Assembly: GCA_949290785.1 (NCBI GenBank)
Contig: CASETE010000023.1
Span: 10,537-74,536 of the forward strand
DNA length: 64,000 bases
DNA from: an uncultured Pseudomonadota bacterium
GTDB taxonomy: Bacteria > Pseudomonadota > Alphaproteobacteria > Rs-D84
Direction: 5' to 3'
Of the stretch, positions 18,771-28,331 are shown piece by piece (within the stretch, counting starts at the first letter, position 1; every line of letters begins with the position of its first letter). A program made the translations under genes and the position numbers. The notes under the pieces are model-generated. The model made no database searches and was not told the DNA's origin. It was given only the letters and a program-made list of their open reading frames with translations.

Positions 18771-20252
18771 TTAGAAAGAATACTTTATTCCGATATGCAA
18801 ACCAAACGATTGCCACGCAGCGTGTTTTAACTGCTCGCTGATATACTGCGTGCTGGCCGGCACAGTTTCTAAAATTGGGAAACCGTTATCGTCCAATATG
18901 TAAAAACCGTTTTCATCAACTAAATATTGACTATATTCCGCCAAATATAATTCCCCGCCGATTTTTCCGACATAGAAATAATCGGTATCTACTTTTATTG
19001 CCAATTGCATACGGTCTGATAATTTATAGTTATACTCCATTTCCGCGGTATAAGAGTATGCACCGTTATTACCTTCATCTATAAAACTGGGGTTTTGTTG
19101 CCAATCCGTTCTGTTTGGCCAGATACCTTCGGATGAATATTTCGGCAAACCAACCTGGAAATAAAAACGCAACTTGTCAACAAGGGTCATTTGTTTTTCT
19201 ATCTCAAGCCCGATATAAAAACCGCTCCACGTAGTATTATAAATATGCGTAGTACCGTCTACAAGTATAGGGCCATCACCGCCAATAATTACACATTCAC
19301 CAGAATCTACCCCCCATGGTACATACCCCATATCTGGATTGTAATCGCCGGTTACCAACTCTGTCCCCAGGTCAATTATTGCACCACCTGCGGGGGCCTG
19401 AACCAGTTTTATATCTTCCGGTGACATACACACCTGATACCAATCTTCTGGTGCCTCCATATTTATGGGCAAAGCATAATAATTACCGTTTACGTCACCG
19501 TAAACATAGTCGCCCATGTTCGTCATTAATGGTAAAAAGATGCCAGGGTTAGGATACAAATGATCTGACATTTCCAAGTTATGATTGAAAATTTCATAAC
19601 CAAACGACGGGGATAACTTCCATCCGCCAATGTCCCAAATATGATGTGCGCCGATTCCTAACTTCAAGTGATTTGTCTTGCCCGTCTGATCGCCAACAGA
19701 AATAGTGAAAATTCCATAAGAAGGGTCTGATTCATCATACGGCTTTAAGTCATAATCCATGGACAGTCCACCATGTGACATATACCCCATACTATATTCA
19801 CCGTAAGCAAACATATCAAAATTACGCAAACTGAAATTGTGTTGCACGCCAACGCCAATTTCATTATAAACCATATCATCCCATTCTAAAACGGAATTTA
19901 CGCCTGTTTCAAACTCAAAATCTGCGAACCTTCTGGCATATTTAGCGTATACAGACGTTGCTGGTTCTTCGGCAACAGGCATCGCAATACCGTTCGTCGT
20001 CATCGTACCGCTAATTTGCGGGACCACCGGTCGCGGAACCTGATAAGAGTAAGAACGACTTTCAACAATTTGCTTCCCCCCCGATTGACCAACATATGTC
20101 GTGTACCCTTGTCGCTGATATTGATTGTACGCCGAACGATTAACCGTTGTTGTTGAATTGTTCTGATAATAAGAAGGTACCCCTTCGTTAGACGCCAGCG
20201 CAACGAAAGGCATAAAAAACACACTTAATAAAGAAACTACACTTACTCTCAT
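18771..20252 (-). CDS. Outer-membrane beta-barrel, omptin-fold/Protochlamydia Pom-like
   Basis: Signal peptide, SVLEW, SMDYD, IWPNRTDW..NPSF motifs, terminal GIKYSF barrel signal. Confidence 0.6.
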   Translation of the reverse strand: MRVSVVSLLSVFFMPFVALASNEGVPSYYQNNSTTTVNRSAYNQYQRQGYTTYVGQSGGKQIVESRSYSYQVPRPVVPQISGTMTTNGIAMPVAEEPATSVYAKYARRFADFEFETGVNSVLEWDDMVYNEIGVGVQHNFSLRNFDMFAYGEYSMGYMSHGGLSMDYDLKPYDESDPSYGIFTISVGDQTGKTNHLKLGIGAHHIWDIGGWKLSPSFGYEIFNHNLEMSDHLYPNPGIFLPLMTNMGDYVYGDVNGNYYALPINMEAPEDWYQVCMSPEDIKLVQAPAGGAIIDLGTELVTGDYNPDMGYVPWGVDSGECVIIGGDGPILVDGTTHIYNTTWSGFYIGLEIEKQMTLVDKLRFYFQVGLPKYSSEGIWPNRTDWQQNPSFIDEGNNGAYSYTAEMEYNYKLSDRMQLAIKVDTDYFYVGKIGGELYLAEYSQYLVDENGFYILDDNGFPILETVPASTQYISEQLKHAAWQSFGLHIGIKYSF

Positions 20253-20360
20253 TCCTACAATTATTGTGTATTATATCATAAAAAAAAACTCATAAAAAGC
20301 ATTTTTCTTATTCGTGCACTAAACACTGGATTTTGTGGACTTTTTAGATAAAATACGCAT

Positions 20361-21419
20361 ATGAATGTTCCTCATAACATATATATTCATGTTCCTTTTT
20401 GTTTATCAAAGTGTAAATATTGCGCTTTTTTTTCGCATGCTTGCGCGGAACCGGACTGGGATAAATACGCGAAAGATATTACAGGCGAAATAAAATACTG
20501 GGAACAACAACTTGGAAAAATATCTGTCCCCAGCATATTTTTTGGTGGCGGAACCCCATCTTTGATGCCGATAAAAGTGTTTGAACATATCATGAACGCC
20601 ATTCAACGATGTTTTAATATTACATCCGGGTGCGAGATTACCTTGGAATCAAACCCAGGCACAGTAACAAAAAATAAACTATCAGAATTTGCACGCGCCG
20701 GCATTAACAGACTGTCCGTTGGTATCCAATCGTTAAATGACGATAAGTTAAAATTCTTAGGCCGAATACATACCGCACAACAAGCAATAAAATTATTAGA
20801 CTGCGCGAAAGAAATGGGACTACACGTTTCGGCGGATTTTATGTACGGCCTGCCGAACGAAAACGTGCACGACATAATAAAAACCTGCAAAGACATCAAC
20901 TCTTTGGGTATTTCGCACTGTTCTTTATATGAACTGACAATAGAACCCCATACGCCCTTTAGTAAAATGAACTTACAAATGCCGACGAATAACGAAATGG
21001 CAGATATGTATATTGCAATCGCAGAAACATTAAACCTACCAAGATATGAGGTTTCTAATTATGCAACCCCAGGCGAAGAATGCCGACACAATCAAAACGT
21101 ATGGGATGGCGAACCTTATATCGGGGTGGGACAAGGTGCCGCAGGACGAATTTTAATAGATAACATTTGGTACGAACAAATGGGTGACAGACAAAAATTT
21201 GAAAAAATTTCAAATCAAACCCGCGCCATAGAAAGACTTATCACCGGACTTCGCCAAGTCCGTGGCGTCAAAATTGACGCTGATATAACGCAAATTATAA
21301 ACCAAGAATTCGTAAATCAAAATCCTGACTTATTAATAATAACCAGCGAGAACAGACTTGCCACATCCTCAAAAGGCATGTTGATTTTAGACGATTTACT
21401 GTTAAACTTAACGAGGTGA
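20361..21419 (+). CDS. hemW: Radical SAM heme chaperone HemW
   Basis: YIHVPFC-x3-C-x2-C, GGGTPS, ESNP, YEVSNYA, CRHN. Confidence 0.9.
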   Translation: MNVPHNIYIHVPFCLSKCKYCAFFSHACAEPDWDKYAKDITGEIKYWEQQLGKISVPSIFFGGGTPSLMPIKVFEHIMNAIQRCFNITSGCEITLESNPGTVTKNKLSEFARAGINRLSVGIQSLNDDKLKFLGRIHTAQQAIKLLDCAKEMGLHVSADFMYGLPNENVHDIIKTCKDINSLGISHCSLYELTIEPHTPFSKMNLQMPTNNEMADMYIAIAETLNLPRYEVSNYATPGEECRHNQNVWDGEPYIGVGQGAAGRILIDNIWYEQMGDRQKFEKISNQTRAIERLITGLRQVRGVKIDADITQIINQEFVNQNPDLLIITSENRLATSSKGMLILDDLLLNLTR

Positions 21420-21422
21420 AAA

Positions 21423-23417
21423 ATGCAGAATAAAACACTGAACATAATAGGCATATTTGCTGTATTAATAGCGATTATAGCGGCATGTTTTTTTACCGCA
21501 CAAAAGGAGAAAAGTATGAACACTGGTATAAAACTAGAAAACATGGATTTATCTGTAAATCCTGGTGATAACTTTTTTGATTACGCAACGCTTGGGTGGC
21601 GAAAAGCAAACCCTATACCTGATGATTATACAAGATACGGGGCTTTTGAAATCATAAATGAAAACAACCTGAAACGCGTTCGTGAAATTGCAGAAACGGA
21701 TAATGGAAAAATAGGCACGCTTTACCAGATTGTAATGAACGAAAAACAATTAAATGCGGACACAACCAATCCCGTTAAACCGTACCTTGCAGAAATAGAC
21801 GAAATAAAATCAAAAGAGCAATTGCCAGAATATCTCGGAAAGATGCATACTTTTTCGTCTGCTTTTTGGGGCGACGGGGTTGCACTGGATGAAAAAGACA
21901 GCGAATACTATTTGTATAATATTGGTCAAGGCGGACTGGGACTGTCCCGTGATTACTATTTTGACACAGATAACAAGACACTAGAAATTAGAAAAAAATA
22001 TAAAGACTTTATAAAAAAACAAATGGATAATTTCGGTGTGCCTGTTGACGTAGAAAAACTATACGCTTTGGAAGAACGCATGGCAAAATCTTTTTATCCA
22101 AAAGAAAAATTACGCGACCCGCATGCAAATTATCACAAAATGTCTGTCGCGGAAGTAAAAGAACAATTTAAAAACTTTGATTGGGATACATACCTACAAT
22201 CACGCGGTGCCAGCGCGGCAGAATATATAAACATTAATCAACCAGAAGCAATTACTGAATCTATCGCCATAATGAACGATACTGATTTAGAATTAATTAA
22301 AACATATTTAAAATATCGTATTATAAGTTCTGCAGATACGTTATTAGACGACGACTCATATAACATATCTTTTGATTTTTATAACAGAACTATGGCGGGC
22401 CAGAAAGAACCTAAACCAAGATGGAAAAGAGCCGTCGGGTTACTAGATTCATCGCTGGGCGAAGAAATCGGTCATTTATATGTAAAAAAATATTTCCCAG
22501 CCGAAGCAAAAGAACGCATGCAAGAATTAGTAAAGAACCTACAACGCGCATACGCATTAAGAATAAAAGACCTTGATTGGATGTCGGATGAAACTAAAAA
22601 TAAAGCCCTTGAAAAACTGGGAACATTTAAAGCAAAAATCGGATATCCAGACAAATGGCGCGACTATTCAAAACTTGAAATAAGCGCAGATAAGTCTTTA
22701 TGGGACAATATGGTAAACGTTTCAAAATTTGAAGACGCGTTTTGGCTAGATAAAATTGGCAAAAAAAAGGACCCGACTATCTGGTATATGAACGCACACG
22801 AAGTCAACGCTTATTACGACCCGTCAACAAATGAGATTTGTTTCCCGGCAGGAATTTTACAACCGCCATTCTTTGATATGACCGCAGATGACGCCTTCAA
22901 TTATGGCGCAATCGGCAGTGTAATAGGTCACGAAATGACGCATGGTTTTGACGATTCAGGCCGTCAATTTGATAAAGACGGAAACCTAAAAGACTGGTGG
23001 ACAACCGATGACGCGAAAGGATTTGAAGTACGTGCAAACGTATTAAAAGACTTCTTTAATAAAATAGAAATTGCACCGGGCGTTTTTGCTAATGGCGAAT
23101 TTACATTGGGCGAAAATCTGGCAGATTACGGCGGGGTAACAATCGCTTTTACCGCATATAAAAACTTTGGCACCCAACCCGATACAGTTGACGGTTTTAG
23201 CCCCGACCAAAGATTCTTTATCGCTTATGCCGGCGCATGGGCACAAAACATTCGTGACGAAGAAGCGTTAAGACTGACAAAAATAGACGAGCATTCTTTG
23301 GCACAATGGCGCGTTAACGGCATTTTACCACACATAAGCGCATGGTACGAATCATTTAATATACAACCAACAAATAAGTTATATGTTGCACCAGAAAATC
23401 GTATCAAATTGTGGTAG
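21423..23417 (+). CDS. M13 family zinc metalloendopeptidase (PepO/neprilysin-like), N-terminal anchor
   Basis: VNAYY, FPAGILQPPFF, HEMTH, GENLAD. Confidence 0.95.
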   Translation: MQNKTLNIIGIFAVLIAIIAACFFTAQKEKSMNTGIKLENMDLSVNPGDNFFDYATLGWRKANPIPDDYTRYGAFEIINENNLKRVREIAETDNGKIGTLYQIVMNEKQLNADTTNPVKPYLAEIDEIKSKEQLPEYLGKMHTFSSAFWGDGVALDEKDSEYYLYNIGQGGLGLSRDYYFDTDNKTLEIRKKYKDFIKKQMDNFGVPVDVEKLYALEERMAKSFYPKEKLRDPHANYHKMSVAEVKEQFKNFDWDTYLQSRGASAAEYININQPEAITESIAIMNDTDLELIKTYLKYRIISSADTLLDDDSYNISFDFYNRTMAGQKEPKPRWKRAVGLLDSSLGEEIGHLYVKKYFPAEAKERMQELVKNLQRAYALRIKDLDWMSDETKNKALEKLGTFKAKIGYPDKWRDYSKLEISADKSLWDNMVNVSKFEDAFWLDKIGKKKDPTIWYMNAHEVNAYYDPSTNEICFPAGILQPPFFDMTADDAFNYGAIGSVIGHEMTHGFDDSGRQFDKDGNLKDWWTTDDAKGFEVRANVLKDFFNKIEIAPGVFANGEFTLGENLADYGGVTIAFTAYKNFGTQPDTVDGFSPDQRFFIAYAGAWAQNIRDEEALRLTKIDEHSLAQWRVNGILPHISAWYESFNIQPTNKLYVAPENRIKLW

Positions 23418-23422
23418 AAAAT

Positions 23423-23451
23423 AAAAACACCGGGGATTCCTCGGTGTTTTT
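23423..23451. terminator. Bidirectional terminator between the M13 peptidase and ihfA
   Basis: AAAAACACCGGGG-ATT-CCTCGGTGTTTTT between convergent genes. Confidence 0.8.
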
Positions 23452-23494
23452 ATTTGTATCTTATTAAACGACCTGTTTTAACGTTAACCGGCGC

Positions 23495-23782
23495 CTATTT
23501 TTTTGCAACCCTTTGCCTAAATTCGGTACTTGCTTTGAAAGATGCAACCTTGCGCGCAGTAATGACTGCCGGCACGCCAGTTTTTGGGTTCCGCCCCATA
23601 CGTTGCGGTTTTGTCAAAATCTTGAAACTGCCAAAACCGGCAAACTTAACCTCTTCCCCGTTAATCAAAGATTCACGAATCTCGTCAAAAATTATATCTA
23701 TTAACTTATACGCATCGGACATTGTCAACCCGTGCTGTTCACGCAAACGATTTGCTAAATCACTTCTTGTTATTGTTGCCAT
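23495..23782 (-). CDS. ihfA: Integration host factor subunit alpha
   Basis: TITRSDL, VKFAGFGSF, GRNPKTG, ARKVASFKAS; follows fabH as in alphaproteobacteria. Confidence 0.85.
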   Translation of the reverse strand: MATITRSDLANRLREQHGLTMSDAYKLIDIIFDEIRESLINGEEVKFAGFGSFKILTKPQRMGRNPKTGVPAVITARKVASFKASTEFRQRVAKK

Positions 23783-23785
23783 TTT

Positions 23786-24724
23786 TTACACCCTAATTAA
23801 AGCCGCACCCCACGTTAGACCACTGCCAAATGCGGGGTACAGTATCAGTTGACCCTTCTTGATTATATCGTTATCAAAAGCATAAGACAAAGCCAAAACA
23901 CCCGATGCACCACTGGTGTTTGCATGCTTATCAACCGTTACCAATATTTTTTCCAACGGGAAACCAAGCCTTGCCGCGCCACTTTGAATTATACGCAAAT
24001 TTGCCTGATGCGGAATAATCCAGTCAACGTTATCCGCCGTAATGCCTGCATGTTCCATAATGTAATTTGCCGCCTCTGGCATCAAGGTAACAGCCTTTTT
24101 ATAAGTCTCTGGTCCGTTCATCATGATTCTGTGGTCTGGGGAACCGTGTAACATATCAAATTCTTTCCCATCAGACATAACGACAGTATCTATAATTCCA
24201 GAATAGCTAGAGGTTGAATGTTCAAATATCAACGCACCGGCACCATCTCCAAATAAAACGGCAGTACTGCGGTCAGTCCAATCAATAAACCGCGTCATTT
24301 TTTCAGCGCCAATTAACATTATCCTATGATGCATGCCCGCAGTAAAAAACGCGCGCGCGCAATGCAACGCATAAATGTATCCCGTACACGCCCCGCGAAC
24401 ATCGAAAGCAGGCGCATTATTTGTGGCACCTAAACGACCCATAACCTGTACCCCAACGGATGGAAAGTCCAATTCCGGCGTTGTAGTAGCAACAATCAAC
24501 ATGTCAATATCATTAACTGTTAAACCGGCATTGTCTAGGGCCCTCTGCGCAGCAATCACAGCCATATCAACAACCGTTTCGTCTTCACGAGCAAAATGAC
24601 GAAGACGCATTCCGGTACGTTGAACAATCCACTCGTCCGTGGTATCCATAATTTTCTCAAAATCTTGATTTGTCATAACACGTTCGGGCAAATAAGAACC
24701 GTATCCAATTAATCTACTTCCCAT
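23786..24724 (-). CDS. fabH: 3-oxoacyl-ACP synthase III
   Basis: GSYLP, DEWI..RTG, ACTGY, LFGDGAGA, PHQAN, NTSGAS, GSGLTWG; start 24724 has an AAGGA SD. Confidence 0.95.
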   Translation of the reverse strand: MGSRLIGYGSYLPERVMTNQDFEKIMDTTDEWIVQRTGMRLRHFAREDETVVDMAVIAAQRALDNAGLTVNDIDMLIVATTTPELDFPSVGVQVMGRLGATNNAPAFDVRGACTGYIYALHCARAFFTAGMHHRIMLIGAEKMTRFIDWTDRSTAVLFGDGAGALIFEHSTSSYSGIIDTVVMSDGKEFDMLHGSPDHRIMMNGPETYKKAVTLMPEAANYIMEHAGITADNVDWIIPHQANLRIIQSGAARLGFPLEKILVTVDKHANTSGASGVLALSYAFDNDIIKKGQLILYPAFGSGLTWGAALIRV

Positions 24725-24810
24725 AAACATTCCTTTTTTACTTGCGATATTATACAAATCGTCATTACAACTTGCAATATTAAAATCTATGAATAAAATA
24801 ATAAACATTC

Positions 24811-24886
24811 GTCCCCATAGTTCAACTGGATAGAATAGAGGTTTCCTAAACCTTTGATACAGGTTCGATTCCTGTTGGGGATGCCA
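24811..24886 (+). tRNA. tRNA-Arg (anticodon CCT)
   Basis: GTCCCCA/TGGGGAT acceptor stem, GAGGT-TTCCTAA-ACCTT anticodon arm, GGTTCGATTCC, encoded CCA, A20. Confidence 0.95.
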
Positions 24887-24906
24887 GAAATTCAGGGATT
24901 TTTAAC

Positions 24907-25236
24907 ATGAAAAATAAAGCCATAACACTTGGAATAATTGCAAGCATTTTGCCGCATTTATTTTGTTGCGTTCTGCCAATAGTAATATCTGTCATATCTT
25001 TGTTTGCACCAGAAATGGCACACGCAGAATTTATACCTCATTGGTTTGAACCTTGGTTGTTTTTATTTTCTGCTGTTATGCTTGTTTTATCATGGTATCT
25101 TGTATTACGCGACTGTAAATGCAAATGTGAACATTGCCACGAACACGGCGGACACAAAACACAAAAAATCATACTTGGAATAATTACTGTTATATTTTTT
25201 ATCAGCCTGATTTTGCATTTAATGGCACACCATTAA
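24907..25236 (+). CDS. Small MerT/MerC-like membrane protein, Cys/His-rich
   Basis: 3 TM segments, CC pair in TM1 (FCCVLP), CKCKCEHCHEH loop. Confidence 0.6.
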   Translation: MKNKAITLGIIASILPHLFCCVLPIVISVISLFAPEMAHAEFIPHWFEPWLFLFSAVMLVLSWYLVLRDCKCKCEHCHEHGGHKTQKIILGIITVIFFISLILHLMAHH

Positions 25237-25313
25237 TCTTGCTGACATTATTCTTATCCTTTGTCTATACGATTTTATGCTACAATTATTGCATCATAAA
25301 ATAAGGATAAATC

Positions 25314-25460
25314 ATGCCAATAATCAAAGGATGTTCAAAGAAAGCAATATCAGAAAACATACGAACAGAAATGAAGGCAGGCAAACCACAAAAACAAGCA
25401 GTTGCCATCGCTTTGTCTATTGCTGATAAAAACTCAAAAAAATGTAAAACCAAAAAATAA
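25314..25460 (+). CDS. Small basic 48-aa protein, not in the ORF track (MPIIKGCSKKAISENIRTEMKAGKPQKQAVAIALSIADKNSKKCKTKK)
   Basis: AAGGA SD, TGnTACAAT -10, terminator directly after the stop; resembles small 'ISENI..GKPQKQAVAIAL' proteins I associate with phages. Confidence 0.8.
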   Translation: MPIIKGCSKKAISENIRTEMKAGKPQKQAVAIALSIADKNSKKCKTKK

Positions 25461-25484
25461 CCCGAATAAATCGGGATTATTTTT
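25452..25484. terminator. Bidirectional terminator
   Basis: CCCGA-ATAAA-TCGGG stem with A/T tails between convergent genes. Confidence 0.65.
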
Positions 25485-25485
25485 A

Positions 25486-27072
25486 TTATACAAATTTCTC
25501 GGGGACTAAATTAGTCATATTTTTCCAAATACGTCTGAATATACTTGTATCTGGTGATTTATGATACACGCGCGGTTTCTTGTCGCCTGGTCTGCTGCCT
25601 GTCCATACCGTTTCATCGTCTTCGATAGTAACATGCCACGATGTTTTTGTGTCCTTAATAATCATTTCACGTAATTTATCTGCAAATTCTTTACTTTCAA
25701 AAATAGCCACGTTTTCTGTGTTATAGTACGCACTACGCGGATCCAGATTAAAACTGCCAATCCAAGAAATATCGTCATCAAATACAATCGTCTTGCTGTG
25801 AAGAACGGAAAAACTTGACTGCTTTCTTTCCCTATCATGTTCTTTGCCACGCAAATTTTCAGCAGATAACATAAATTCGTAAACATCCGCACCAGACTCT
25901 ATCAGTTTCTTTCTGTATTTTTCCCATTTGGCATAAACCGTAGGTGCGTTCGTAGACGCCAAAGAATTCGTCACAATCGTCATATGAACGCCCGATTTTT
26001 CTTCATGCAACATATGCTCTAACCCGCCTTGCCCCGGCACAAAATATGCAGCAGACAAATATACAGAATCTTCTGTATCATCCCATAATGTTTGTAACGC
26101 ACGGATTATTTCACCACGATACTCTTCTTTTTCGTTCATTGACATCTCTACCTTGGACGGCGGATCAGCAAGGAATTTGCCGCGCCCCCAACTGAAATCA
26201 AACTTTTTCTTTTTATACTCGCATTGTGCCAACGAGATAATCTTGTTATATTGATTAATTGCGTCTTTACTTTTTCTTTCTATTTCGGCAAATTTTTTCT
26301 CTAACTTACGCATCGCCTTCTTAGATTTCGCCTTTGGAAAAACAGACGCAGGAATAGATAAATGATAATTCCAATATTCATCAAAACTGGCCGTCGCATA
26401 TTTTGTCATGTCGCCAATAAACAAAACGTCCGTATCAGAAAAATTAGACGCCGTTTCGGGATAAAAATAATTACTGCCTACATTTCTACCGCCAGTAATA
26501 TACGCCACATTATCCACAATGAATAATTTATTATGCATTCTGGAATTTAAACGATTAAAATCTAATAAAAACTGCGGATAATAAAGTAACTTTGACCTGT
26601 ACGCAACAGTATTAAAAACCTTTACTTCTATATTCGGATGCTGGTTTAATAACATAACATCTGCAATATCTGATTTTGTTCCATAGTCGTCTAATAAAAT
26701 CCTGACCTTGACCCCACGGTCAGCAGCGTTTTTTAACTCACCAATTAAAACCTTGGAAGAAAAGTCGTTACTATAAATGTAAGTCTGTAAATCAATTGTC
26801 TTGGTCGCCATGCGCGCAAACGCAGCCCTTATAACGAACGCAGACAAACCGTCTTCTATCAGCGTAGCCCCACTGATATCTTCGGACACATTTAATTCTT
26901 TCTCGTAACACTGCGCAATGGGCGTTTGCATGGGATCATAGTTAAAATCTTCGGTTGTGATTTTTGGGGTATAATTCTCTAATCGCTTATCGTACATGGT
27001 CGTAGGGACCGTTGTACAACCTATGAACGGTAACGAAAATACAAATAAAGAAACTTTTTTTAATACTGACAA
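25486..27072 (-). CDS. Phospholipase D family protein, ClsC (YmdC)-like cardiolipin synthase, probable lipoprotein
   Basis: Two HKD motifs (RMHNKLFIVD, LHSKTIVFD), GGRN, GSFNLDPRS; FIGC lipobox-like sequence. Confidence 0.85.
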   Translation of the reverse strand: MSVLKKVSLFVFSLPFIGCTTVPTTMYDKRLENYTPKITTEDFNYDPMQTPIAQCYEKELNVSEDISGATLIEDGLSAFVIRAAFARMATKTIDLQTYIYSNDFSSKVLIGELKNAADRGVKVRILLDDYGTKSDIADVMLLNQHPNIEVKVFNTVAYRSKLLYYPQFLLDFNRLNSRMHNKLFIVDNVAYITGGRNVGSNYFYPETASNFSDTDVLFIGDMTKYATASFDEYWNYHLSIPASVFPKAKSKKAMRKLEKKFAEIERKSKDAINQYNKIISLAQCEYKKKKFDFSWGRGKFLADPPSKVEMSMNEKEEYRGEIIRALQTLWDDTEDSVYLSAAYFVPGQGGLEHMLHEEKSGVHMTIVTNSLASTNAPTVYAKWEKYRKKLIESGADVYEFMLSAENLRGKEHDRERKQSSFSVLHSKTIVFDDDISWIGSFNLDPRSAYYNTENVAIFESKEFADKLREMIIKDTKTSWHVTIEDDETVWTGSRPGDKKPRVYHKSPDTSIFRRIWKNMTNLVPEKFV

Positions 27073-27217
27073 TTATATTTTTACCTTGTGCTTGGGATTA
27101 TATATAACATTATTTAGTTTTACAAGTCAATTTCATTAAAAAATTTAATAATCAGGAATATTTTCTTGAACTTTTTTCGTTTTTTCTTATACACTAAAAA
27201 ACAAGCAAAGGAAAAAA

Positions 27218-28255
27218 ATGCAAAAGAAAAAAATTATCATAACTGGTGGATGCGGATACATAGGGTCTCATACTGCGGTGGCATTGCAACAAAACGGTTT
27301 TGACGTACTTATACTAGACAACCTGTGCAATTCACATGCAGACGTCGTGCATCAAATTCAAGAAATAACAAACGTACAACCAGCTTTTAAACAAATAGAT
27401 TGCACAAACCAAGAACAACTGGAACAAGTGTTCTCTGAAAACACGGATGCAATAGGCGTAATACATTTTGCCGCATTGAAAGCGGTCGGGGAATCCGTAC
27501 AACAACCAATGCAATACTATCAAAATAATTTATTTAGTCTGATAAACGTTTTGTGCATGATGAAAAAATTCAACATACCAAACTTTGTATTTTCTTCATC
27601 TGCTTGCGTTTATGGCGAACCGGAAACATTACCGGTAACAGAAAGTACCCCATTACAGCCTGCTACTTCGCCTTACGGCGCAACAAAAGTCATAGGCGAG
27701 ACAATAATAAAAGACACTATCAAGGCGCAATCAAATATGCGTGCCGTAATTCTTAGATACTTCAACCCGATAGGCGCACACCAGTCAGGAAAAATTGGCG
27801 AGTTACCATTGGGCATACCAAATAATTTGATGCCGTATATAACACAAACGGTTGCAGGAATAAGAAAAAAACTAAGCGTATTCGGAAACGATTATCCGAC
27901 ACGCGACGGCTTTTGTATTCGTGACTACATAGACGTTAATGACGTGGCAGACGCACATGTTTGCGCATTGAATTATATGTTGAATCACGACGCCAATCTT
28001 GAGATTTTTAATCTTGGAACAGGTCGTGGTCTTTCGGTAATGGAACTGATAACCGCGTTTGAAAACGCAACGGGACAAAAAATAAACTATGAAATCACAG
28101 AGCGACGCCCCGGCGACGTCCCAGAATTATGGGCGAATGCCGATTTAGCAAAAGAAAAACTGGGTTGGACATCAAAAAGAACACTGAAAGAAACGTTGCA
28201 AAGCGCTTGGAAATGGCAACTAAACGCAACCAGCAAATACCAGATAAAAAAATAA
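27218..28255 (+). CDS. galE: UDP-glucose 4-epimerase
   Basis: TGGCGYIGSH, HFAALKAVGES, PYGATK, LRYFNPIGAH, PNNL. Confidence 0.95.
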   Translation: MQKKKIIITGGCGYIGSHTAVALQQNGFDVLILDNLCNSHADVVHQIQEITNVQPAFKQIDCTNQEQLEQVFSENTDAIGVIHFAALKAVGESVQQPMQYYQNNLFSLINVLCMMKKFNIPNFVFSSSACVYGEPETLPVTESTPLQPATSPYGATKVIGETIIKDTIKAQSNMRAVILRYFNPIGAHQSGKIGELPLGIPNNLMPYITQTVAGIRKKLSVFGNDYPTRDGFCIRDYIDVNDVADAHVCALNYMLNHDANLEIFNLGTGRGLSVMELITAFENATGQKINYEITERRPGDVPELWANADLAKEKLGWTSKRTLKETLQSAWKWQLNATSKYQIKK

Positions 28256-28331
28256 ATTAATTCCGTTTTTTTCGTTTGCGATAATTAGCGTAATATGATA
28301 AAATCTATATAATAGAAGGGAAGTTTTCGCT

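Noticed and set aside
26510-26518. Perfect DnaA box TTATCCACA
   Set aside because: Single copy inside the PLD coding sequence; expected by chance
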